A stretch of 14,831 bases of DNA from Synechococcus sp. GTDB lineage: Bacteria > Cyanobacteriota > Cyanobacteriia > Thermostichales > PCC-7336. The notes beneath the pieces are model-generated. The model worked only from the letters and a program-made list of their open reading frames with translations, had not been told where the DNA came from and searched no databases. The first letter of the stretch is position 1; every line of letters begins with the position of its first letter. A program made the position numbers and the translations under genes. Shown in pieces: positions 7,277 through 14,831 of this stretch. The stretch is taken from positions 1 to 14,831 of the forward strand of contig JBFRWN010000125.1 in the NCBI GenBank assembly GCA_051439605.1, read 5' to 3'.

Positions 7277-9187
7277 ATGGTTCGACAGCGCTTTGGAAGG
7301 TTGGCCTCTTGGCTCTCAGTTTGCCTGTTAATGCTGGCACCGTTTCTGGTGTGGGAATATCCCGCTGCCGCTCAAACTTTAACTGGTTTGGGGTTTTCTG
7401 AGGATGAAATCAATACTCGGACTAATGTCCCCACCTTTATCCGGGGAAACCTCAACCTCGCTCCGGTGTTTTTGGATGGGAAAACCATTGGAGCAGTCAG
7501 CTCGTTCATCAACCTGGACTCTGGTAATGGCGGAAATCTAGAAGAAACCTACGATGCAGCAACTCGCGCCCACTTGATTCACAGCAAGCTGCAGAAGGTT
7601 TTGGAAAACATGGTGGACTACTCTCGCGAGGTGCTTCCCACTGAAGGGATAGTCCAACCAGAGCAACAAGAAACCTTCATCCGAGAACGATTGTTTACCT
7701 CTGCTTCCGAGCAGGAGGGGAATGCAGTTGTCTCGGTGAAATTTCCTAGAGAAGGAGATGTCGCCGAAATTGTTTACTCCGTCACTCAATCAGACATTGC
7801 AAGACCCAGGTTCGGCAGCTCGCAGCCGATGAAAATCGCCAATGATGCCGCAAATATTGTCGAACGTTCTCTCGTTCAAGCTTGGAGAGAGCGCCAGACT
7901 CCGCATCTGCAAGTTCAAAGTCGACAAGCGTTTCTCGCCTTACTGGGTATAACGATTGTCAGTACGTGCATGGCATGGGGACAAAGAGTCCTGGGTGTTC
8001 GAAGCTTCAAGATTGACAAGATGATGGTCGACTCATCATCCGTCCAGCATCAACAGAATTGGATTTCTGGTTTGGCCAAGATCTCGGGCAGACTTCGCAA
8101 GGAGGCTTCGAAGGGTAGTAAGCAAAACATCCGATATCTCCACAGCCTGAATGAGTTCTACAAAGCGATATTCTTTTGGGCTCAATGGCTTCTTTGGATG
8201 TTGGGGATCGGCTATTTGACAAGCTTGTTTTATTGGTCTCGTCCCTGGAGTAATTGGATCTTCGGCGTAACAGTGCGGGGGATTCGGGGGGAGACGGTGG
8301 TAGTAGGATGGCCTCCTGTCGATTGGCTGTTGAGTTTCGGCCTGGAAGCCAATCTCGGAATGCCTTTATTTATCTTGCTGTTCGTATTGATAACGCGGTT
8401 GACCATCAAAGGGGGGGATGCCCTTTGCGACTTTTTCGCACGCGGCTGGGGTCGAGAGGTATCAAGACAACGACACGCCCTCCGTTCTCGCACTTTGAGT
8501 CGGGCTACAAAAGCCTGGCTAAGGGCAATTGTTTATCTCTTATTGGGTGTGGCGATCGTCGAACGCCTGCACCAACTAGGCACCATTACACAAGCGATCG
8601 GGATTTTTATCGGTTTTTTCAGCTTTGCTCTATCCCTTGCCTCCCAGAATATCCTCAAAGATTTGATTGCGGGTTTATTGATCCTGTGGGAGGACCAGTA
8701 TGCAGTAGGGGACGTCATTTGCGTCGGAGATCAGTTTGGATTGGTGGAGCAGATCACGTTGCGGATTACTCAGTTGCGCAATCTTGAAGGGGAATTGATT
8801 ACCATTCCCAATGGTTCGATTGGGACGGTCCGCAATCTGTCCAGTGAATGGTCTCAGGTGAATTACGCAGTTGAGGTTCGCTACGATTCCGATGTGGATG
8901 AAGCCATGAATGTAATGGAGGACGTGGCCCAAACACTGTATCGAGATCCCCAATGGCGGGAGGCGATCTTAGATGCTCCAGAAATGTTGGGAGTAGAGAA
9001 TATTGCCCACACTGGAATCTTGATTCGATTGCTGATTAAGACTCAACCTCTGCAACAGTGGCCGGTAGCTCGGGAATTTCGCCGTCGCCTGAAGAAGGCT
9101 TTTGATGAAAAGGGGATTGATGTGGGGATTCCCCAACAGATGGAATACGTTAGTGCTCCTGCCAAAGCATGGGGAGATTTGTATTAA
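7277..9187 (+). CDS. MscS-family mechanosensitive ion channel with large N-terminal extension
   Basis: C-terminal MscS core: LSLASQNILKDLIAGLLILWEDQYAVGDVI, GLVEQITLRITQLRNLEGELITIPNGSI, VRNLS, QWPVAREFRRRLKKAFDEKGI. The N-terminus has a signal peptide (PAAA/Q) and extra TM segments. GGGGGA lies upstream of the ATG. Confidence 0.92.
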   Translation: MVRQRFGRLASWLSVCLLMLAPFLVWEYPAAAQTLTGLGFSEDEINTRTNVPTFIRGNLNLAPVFLDGKTIGAVSSFINLDSGNGGNLEETYDAATRAHLIHSKLQKVLENMVDYSREVLPTEGIVQPEQQETFIRERLFTSASEQEGNAVVSVKFPREGDVAEIVYSVTQSDIARPRFGSSQPMKIANDAANIVERSLVQAWRERQTPHLQVQSRQAFLALLGITIVSTCMAWGQRVLGVRSFKIDKMMVDSSSVQHQQNWISGLAKISGRLRKEASKGSKQNIRYLHSLNEFYKAIFFWAQWLLWMLGIGYLTSLFYWSRPWSNWIFGVTVRGIRGETVVVGWPPVDWLLSFGLEANLGMPLFILLFVLITRLTIKGGDALCDFFARGWGREVSRQRHALRSRTLSRATKAWLRAIVYLLLGVAIVERLHQLGTITQAIGIFIGFFSFALSLASQNILKDLIAGLLILWEDQYAVGDVICVGDQFGLVEQITLRITQLRNLEGELITIPNGSIGTVRNLSSEWSQVNYAVEVRYDSDVDEAMNVMEDVAQTLYRDPQWREAILDAPEMLGVENIAHTGILIRLLIKTQPLQQWPVAREFRRRLKKAFDEKGIDVGIPQQMEYVSAPAKAWGDLY

Positions 9188-9245
9188 GAAGACAAATTGG
9201 GTAAGGAGTTTCAGCGTTTTTGAATAGGGAGAGGGGCTTTTAGAG

Positions 9246-10940
9246 TCATTGGTCATTGCTTTGTGGATTGGGGTGGATAGCTTCTTCAATTTCGGCTTCC
9301 GTGAGCGATCGCGTTAAGGCAAAGTTGAAATGGCCACCGTTTCTGGATGGAATTGAAAACTCTGTTAAGTAGGGCTCGTATTCGTTCGTTTCGCCGATGT
9401 GGGTATGGAAAAACACAGTGGCGAGTGCTTTAAGGCCGGAGTGGGCGAACTGCGGATCGGGGCCGATCAGTTCGCGAGGTAGGCTGAACGTACTTTCTCT
9501 TCCGTTATTTTCCCGCAGAAAAGAAAAGTGGGTGCCGTTTTCAACCAGGACTAAGTACTTCCGATCGGTTTGTAACCAGCTAAAAGGTTCGATTTGCTCT
9601 CCGAAGGCCGGTGCAAAGAAGTCATTGGTGCCGGCAACCATCATGACAGGAATTTCAATGTTTCCCAGCCCTCTAGGGCCAAATACCGAACTGGTAACGG
9701 GGTTGATGGCAAAGATAGCAGCCACCCGATCGTCCTTCATTTGGTATTCGCTATCAGGCAAATTGCGCACTTGGCACTGCAACAGCAACGATAAGTTGAA
9801 CGGCAGGATAGATTTATTGAAGTCCCTGCAAGCTCGACCCAAATAATTAAAGTCGAACTGGGCTCCCCCCACTGCTAAAGCAGTGAACCCTCCCAGCGAT
9901 TGGCCCACGACCCCGACACGATCCGTCCGTACTTTATTGGCCCAATCGGAGTCGGTCGTGGACTTTTGCTCCAAATGATTGAGTAAAGAAGTGACGTCCA
10001 GCGGGCGTTTAATGGCAAGCTGCCGGTCAAGATCTTCTGCAAAACCAGCAATGAATTCTTGATAACCCCCGGCATCGCTAGCCGGATGCTCTAAAGACGC
10101 AACGGCAAATCCATGGGAAACGAGATGCCTCGCCAGATAGGCAAATGTCTCTCGGTTTGATGCCATACCGTGGGAAATGACCACCAAAGGGGCAGGATCG
10201 TCGAGATTGCTTGGTAGGTAAATATCGGCGACCAAGCGTTCTTGAGGATCGCGCTCGGGGTTAGGAATATTGAGGGTGACCTTCGACCACTCTTGTATAC
10301 CGGGAAGTCGAGGGTCGGACAGTGTGGCCAAAAAAGTATCGATATTAGTGGGGCCGATCGCGCCTTTTTGCTCGATGTAGGCAAAAAGGCGTCTGCTGTC
10401 ATTTAAAATGGCCTGAAGATCGTTCGAGGCTTGCAATGCTGGATCGAGATTAATGCGTAAATCTTTCAAAGGATATTTGCGAACTGCGTTGAGGATTGTC
10501 AATCCTTCGTCGTCGTAAGAGGCCAAGACCAACGCCGATCGCAGAGCTTTAAAATTAGATTCGGGATCCCCTCCCCAGAAAACTCCTCCTAAGCGTCGTA
10601 ATAGCGTTTCTCCCACCGGGTCATATGAAAAATTCGTCACCACTCGGGGCTGAACTTTTAACGGTCTTTGTAAAATCTCTCTCAACCTTTTGATTTCAGT
10701 CTCCGTCAGTCGGCTGGCATACCATCGCAAGCTGCTCGGGATCTGGCCTGTAGTCGCGAAAAAGTTTAGATCTGCCACCTCGATCGTCCTCTGCCCGCCA
10801 CTAGCCCGAATGCTAATTCGATCGGCAGCACTTGTAGGACAACAAAGAGTTAGGGCAGAAAGCAGGCTGCCAACTATTGAGGCAACGGCAGAACGAATAC
10901 CCCTCCCAGCCCATCTGGAGTATGCAAGGTTAGATATCAT
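9246..10940 (-). CDS. DUF1400-domain alpha/beta hydrolase (cyanobacterial lipase/PAF-AH/dienelactone hydrolase-like)
   Basis: Signal peptide, then a DUF1400-like region (AADRI..., ALRSALVLA, GLTILNAVRKYP). Hydrolase motifs: PLVVISHG, nucleophile elbow GQSLGG, Asp in AGTND and His in GTHFSF. Confidence 0.9.
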   Translation of the reverse strand: MISNLAYSRWAGRGIRSAVASIVGSLLSALTLCCPTSAADRISIRASGGQRTIEVADLNFFATTGQIPSSLRWYASRLTETEIKRLREILQRPLKVQPRVVTNFSYDPVGETLLRRLGGVFWGGDPESNFKALRSALVLASYDDEGLTILNAVRKYPLKDLRINLDPALQASNDLQAILNDSRRLFAYIEQKGAIGPTNIDTFLATLSDPRLPGIQEWSKVTLNIPNPERDPQERLVADIYLPSNLDDPAPLVVISHGMASNRETFAYLARHLVSHGFAVASLEHPASDAGGYQEFIAGFAEDLDRQLAIKRPLDVTSLLNHLEQKSTTDSDWANKVRTDRVGVVGQSLGGFTALAVGGAQFDFNYLGRACRDFNKSILPFNLSLLLQCQVRNLPDSEYQMKDDRVAAIFAINPVTSSVFGPRGLGNIEIPVMMVAGTNDFFAPAFGEQIEPFSWLQTDRKYLVLVENGTHFSFLRENNGRESTFSLPRELIGPDPQFAHSGLKALATVFFHTHIGETNEYEPYLTEFSIPSRNGGHFNFALTRSLTEAEIEEAIHPNPQSNDQ

Positions 10941-11100
10941 TTCCGATCGACAATAATTGAATTAGATAGCATTCAATTTATCAAAGTTGATTTGCGGCTC
11001 AGTGTCTTTTTCACAAAATCTAGATTGACTGCTTGCCGAGACAAATATTAGCTCCATTCTGCTCGTGTAGTTCTGTGCCGGACTTGTGATTTATCTGCCC

Positions 11101-11128
11101 CAGCGTTTCAATCTAGATTGAAACGCTG
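11101..11128. repeat. Perfect 28-bp palindrome CAGCGTTTCAATCTAGATTGAAACGCTG
   Basis: Read directly: two 14-bp arms that are exact reverse complements with no spacer. The core AATCTAGATTGA recurs at 11017-11028. Confidence 0.95.
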
Positions 11129-11215
11129 AATGCTGTCATGTATTCGCGAAAGTCAAGTTCTGAAAAATACTAAGGCTTGTCTTCAGTCAGACAAATGTGT
11201 CATAAAGAGCTTTAA

Positions 11216-12002
11216 GCGCGTTGTAAGATACGTCGCTACGCGCTCCGACACGATCTCGATGGGAACGGATAAAGGACTTTCTCCCTGTACGCGAAGGACA
11301 TATGGATGGTATAGCTCAAGACAATCAGCTGTTTGTGGATGAAGTCCTATATCGCTATCGGGCAGGGATAGCCTAGCGGGACTTACCTGGGGGCAATGGA
11401 GATTTTCTAGTGGTCCACACTCGCTTTGGTCGTTGGAATCGCAGCAGTGTTTGGGACAAGTTATTCAAAATGTTTGCTGTAGATGCGAATAACGAATAAG
11501 CCATGATTGATGCCACCATTGTGCGGGCTCTTCAACATAGTGATGGAACCCCAAAAGTGATGATAGCCAGCTAGCTATCGGGAGTAAAGGAGGGTTGAGC
11601 ACCAAGATTCACGCTACTTGCGATGAGTTTGTAAATCCGACAAGCTTTTACCTCACCGCTCAGTAATGCTATGATTCGCAGGGCTCTGATGTCTTGCTAA
11701 AGGAACTAGATGATGATGTCGAGGCGGTGCTTTGGAAAAATGCCTACGATGCCGATGAGAGAATCCGTCAGCGCTTGAAAGCAAAAAGATGTTTTGCAGT
11801 GATTTCTACCCAAGTCCAACCGCAAGTTTCCTCATTACTTATGACTAGCATCTCTACAAGGCTCACAATTTGATCGATAACTTTTTTTCGAAGCTCAAGC
11901 AATATCGAGCTTTCGATACTCGTTACGACAAAACCGATCATAACTTCCTTGAAGCTATATATTTAGCAGTTTCCGTTATCTGACTTAGTTGATGACACGC
12001 GC
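11216..12002 (+). mobile_element. Decayed IS5-family (IS427-group-like) insertion sequence, 787 bp, with transposase pseudogene
   Basis: Ends GCGCGT.../...ACGCGC are flanked by TAA direct repeats (11213-11215 and 12003-12005). Manual translation across frameshifts gives RRYALR..WERIKDFLP..VLYRYRAGIA*RDLP..HTRFGRW..E*AMIDATIVRA..SKGGLSTKIHATCD..NLIDNFFSKLKQYR..TRYDKT. Multiple stops and frameshifts. Confidence 0.9.
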
Positions 12003-12040
12003 TAATGTTAACGGTGAAAATTAGGTTGCCGGATTGCCGC

Positions 12041-12082
12041 GCAGAAACGTGGTTGATATGAGCAGAAACGCTGTTGACATGA
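12041..12082. repeat. Imperfect 21-bp tandem duplication
   Basis: GCAGAAACGTGGTTGATATGA (12041-12061) and GCAGAAACGCTGTTGACATGA (12062-12082), 18/21 identical. Confidence 0.8.
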
Positions 12083-12086
12083 TAGG

Positions 12087-13391
12087 TTACATTTGTGAAA
12101 AAAGAGCCTTTCTCGAAAGTTGTCTAGCCGTCAGATAGGAAATCACGCTACTAATTACTATCGGATGGTAAACTACAAAGTTTTTAGTCAATTCAAAGGT
12201 AATAATAGTTGAACTGATAGGGGTACGTTTGACGGCACTCATGAAGGCCCCCATACCGGCAATCATTAAGGTGGGAGGGTCGTAGGCAAGCCAGTGGTTT
12301 GATAGTGCATTGACAAGCAACCCTAAAGCCCCGCCGATGGTCAGGAGAGAGGCAAATAATCCACCTGGGGCTCTCGACGCTGCTGCGATGACCGTTAAGG
12401 CAAATGTGGTGAATAGGCCAATTGCGGCCAATCGCCAGTCCAAAGTCCCCTCCAGCACTGCTTCTCGAAGCACGGAACTTTCCTGAAAGTTTTGAGGAAC
12501 AAACGTAGTAATGATTCCGATCGCCAATCCCGCTCCCCCAATGGCAACGGTAGGTCTTAGCTTCCATTGATGCTGCATGAGATATTGCACTTTCAAGATG
12601 CAGCAATCGAATATGGGGGCAAGCAGTCCGGCCAGAACTCCCAACACAATCAAAAAAGGCACGTCTATCAAAGAATAGGAGATCTTCCCGAGTTCGAATT
12701 GGTAGAGAACTGCAAAGTCAGATCCCGCCAGCAGATCCAATCCCTGATAGTCAAACACCTGCCCCCAAAATTCTGCAGCCATCATTCCTACTGAAAGCGG
12801 AATGGATACTTTAGGGGTGAAACTCCACTTTAATTCCGCCAGCGCATAGGCAAATCCCCCCAACGGGGCATTGAAGGCAGCGGCAATTCCCGCACCAGCT
12901 CCTGTGGCTGTTAATAGGCGACGCCTTGCTTGGGAGGACGAGAACCACTTGCCTAATTGGGTGGCGATAGAGGCTCCCATATAGGCTGATGGTCCCTCTG
13001 CTCCTAGCGGAAACCCCGATCCAATTGCCGAAATTCCTCCGATTAATTTGACAAATGCCGTGCGCCACGTGAGAGGGACAGAGGCATTATGAAAGTACTT
13101 CTCGAGTTGAGGAAATCCCGAACCCGCCGCATTGGGTTCCACCCATTCGATCAAGACTCCGGCGATCGCCCCTCCCAATAACCCCATTAATGGCAAGACC
13201 AGCCAGGCTGGCAATGATTCAGACATCTGGAGACGCAACAGACTCAATCCACTTGTGCCTTTGCGAAATAGTACGGCTGTAACTGCAGCTCCAACTCCAA
13301 TTAAATAGGTTTGGAAGAGCGCGATCCAAATGGGGGAGAAGAGAACCGCTCTCAGCCGGTACGTAAACCGTTTAAAGGTCTGAATCTGCAT
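12087..13391 (-). CDS. ClC-family chloride channel / H+/Cl- antiporter without CBS domains
   Basis: Motifs: AAGSGFP, VKLIGG, LGAEGPS, GAGAGIAAAFNAPLGG, PGGLF, AGMGAF, FELT. Likely start is ATG 13391 (MQIQTFKRF, 434 aa). The frame stays open to 13547, but that extension looks non-conserved. Confidence 0.9.
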   Translation of the reverse strand: MQIQTFKRFTYRLRAVLFSPIWIALFQTYLIGVGAAVTAVLFRKGTSGLSLLRLQMSESLPAWLVLPLMGLLGGAIAGVLIEWVEPNAAGSGFPQLEKYFHNASVPLTWRTAFVKLIGGISAIGSGFPLGAEGPSAYMGASIATQLGKWFSSSQARRRLLTATGAGAGIAAAFNAPLGGFAYALAELKWSFTPKVSIPLSVGMMAAEFWGQVFDYQGLDLLAGSDFAVLYQFELGKISYSLIDVPFLIVLGVLAGLLAPIFDCCILKVQYLMQHQWKLRPTVAIGGAGLAIGIITTFVPQNFQESSVLREAVLEGTLDWRLAAIGLFTTFALTVIAAASRAPGGLFASLLTIGGALGLLVNALSNHWLAYDPPTLMIAGMGAFMSAVKRTPISSTIITFELTKNFVVYHPIVISSVISYLTARQLSRKALFSQM

Positions 13392-13868
13392 GTCGGTGGA
13401 GTTCGAGTCTAGATTATGGCTTTGCTCGGTAGGGATGAAATTAGAGTCTAAAGATGAATCATAGCAAGCTTCATAGCCCCTACCTCTCGCTTGTACAAGG
13501 GGTGCTTTCAAGGGTTGATGGAGATATATTGATCGAATAACCTCCAAAGAGACTCACCCCAGAAAGCAAAAGAGCAGGCAGAAAAGCCAATCGCAAAAGC
13601 ACTATGTCGGCGATGTTTCCGATCAGATTCTTTTGACTGAGCAACATACTGATGGATGTTTTGACATTGTATTTTCTGGCATTTAAGAATAGCCATATAA
13701 TAAGCCAATGAAACCAATACAATTATAGAAATAAATCACTAGGCGGTTAACTTTCTCTTCTTCGTTTGCACTATTGGGTGCTCAAACATAACAACAGATA
13801 AGTCTGGACCATCAATTTAAGCCGGGGCAGCTTGCAGGGTAGGCATTTGAGGCTATGCTAACTAAGCA

Positions 13869-14546
13869 TTAGCTAATATCAATAGCAATATTGATCTTTT
13901 GATGTCGATATTTTATAATATAAATCATCAGACTATAGATAAACATAATTAAGCCAATTATCTCCATCATTTCTTCTACACTAGCTATAAGTGCGTAAAC
14001 TAGATTCCTCTGATTACCAGCTATTCTTATCCACAATCCTCCTAACATTTCTATTCCTAAAGCTCCACCTATATAGAAAGCAGCAGATAGCAGAAAAAGT
14101 ATTTTTATTTTTGCAGGCAAATTCAAAATAAATTTAACAGAATATAAGCCAAAAGCAGCTAAAGGAATAACCCAAGGAAAATGAAAAATTCCAGGTAACT
14201 TTTTTGCTAACTCAGGAAAAAGCATAAAAATTACATGAATTTGAAATGCTTCATCAAAAGCTAGAAATATAAATATAAAATATAAGATTCGCCAGTATTC
14301 TGTAAATGGACTTTGGCGATCTTTTTCTAAGATACTTATTTGCTTGATCAAAACGGAACAAATTATTATTAAAGCAACTGTGTATAGAATAGGAAAGTTA
14401 TATTCTTTATCCATATTAAACATATACATCCAATCTTCTCGATCGTTTATTCCATATTTTGCATATTGAACGATCAAATTTAATATGCTCAGAATTACAA
14501 ACACTGATGATATAGCGGTTTTCATTAGAGTGAAGTATAGCTCCAC
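13869..14546 (-). CDS. Uncharacterised multipass membrane protein (very AT-rich gene)
   Basis: 225-aa ORF with about 6 hydrophobic segments and charged motifs at or within helices (FNMDKEYNFP, AFDEAFQIH, GGALGIEMLGG, EEMMEIIG). A 678-nt open frame in such AT-rich DNA is unlikely by chance. Confidence 0.75.
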   Translation of the reverse strand: MELYFTLMKTAISSVFVILSILNLIVQYAKYGINDREDWMYMFNMDKEYNFPILYTVALIIICSVLIKQISILEKDRQSPFTEYWRILYFIFIFLAFDEAFQIHVIFMLFPELAKKLPGIFHFPWVIPLAAFGLYSVKFILNLPAKIKILFLLSAAFYIGGALGIEMLGGLWIRIAGNQRNLVYALIASVEEMMEIIGLIMFIYSLMIYIIKYRHQKINIAIDIS

Positions 14547-14831
14547 ATCTGCAACTTTTGTCTAGCCAGGGATCAAGTGTACTTCATGCATTCAGAAACC
14601 GTTATAGAACTTTTGTTATTTGTAAAGGAGATGAATTAAATTGTATTTTCATTCGAAATTCAACAACCTGCTTGACTGACAAAACGTGTAGTGGGCGAGA
14701 GGCAATCAACTGGTTGCGGGTTTTCTCCTAGGAGTGAATTTGTCTGAAAGCCTCTCGAAGAGATCGTAAACTTAACTGGTCATTCCCCAAAATAGGTACT
14801 GTTTTCCTGTGATTAGGTGCGACGTACTGGT

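Noticed and set aside
9188..9245. Bidirectional terminator between convergent mscS and hydrolase genes
   Set aside because: No convincing GC stem with a U tract was found.
12003..12089. IS5 insertion truncating CBS domains from the ClC
   Set aside because: The ClC stop lies about 85 bp before the IS and the TM core is complete. CBS-less bacterial ClCs are common, and no CBS-like remnant is visible beyond the IS.
13480..13722. Small hydrophobic ORF upstream of the ClC gene
   Set aside because: It has one hydrophobic stretch but no recognisable family or RBS, and it overlaps other short frames. Unsupported without expression data.
1..14831. CRISPR array, tRNA/rRNA, and the many short overlapping or antisense ORFs in the track
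   Set aside because: No regularly spaced repeats or RNA-gene signatures were seen. The short ORFs are shadows of the well-supported genes.

Overview
Cyanobacterial-type DNA: I counted 9 HIP1 octamers (GCGATCGC), 7 of them in the first 4 kb. The left 6.5 kb is a GC-rich, translationally coupled + strand operon entering from upstream. It encodes a BatA-like VWA protein (5'-partial), a BatB/BatC-like VWA-TPR fusion, a BatD-like protein, a PafA-type alkaline phosphatase-superfamily enzyme split by one in-frame TGA, and a formylglycine-generating enzyme (FGE) with a likely signal peptide. The right half is a more AT-rich mosaic: an IS1 3' remnant, a large MscS channel, a convergent DUF1400 alpha/beta hydrolase preceded by a perfect 28-bp palindrome, a complete but decayed 787-bp IS5-family element with TAA target duplication, a CBS-less ClC transporter with atypical motifs, and a very AT-rich multipass membrane protein gene. 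The most interesting signal is the coupling of a Bat (MoxR-associated VWA) module to FGE and a metallo-phosphatase, which suggests a maturation system for exported sulfatase/phosphatase enzymes. All family calls come from motif recognition, not database searches.
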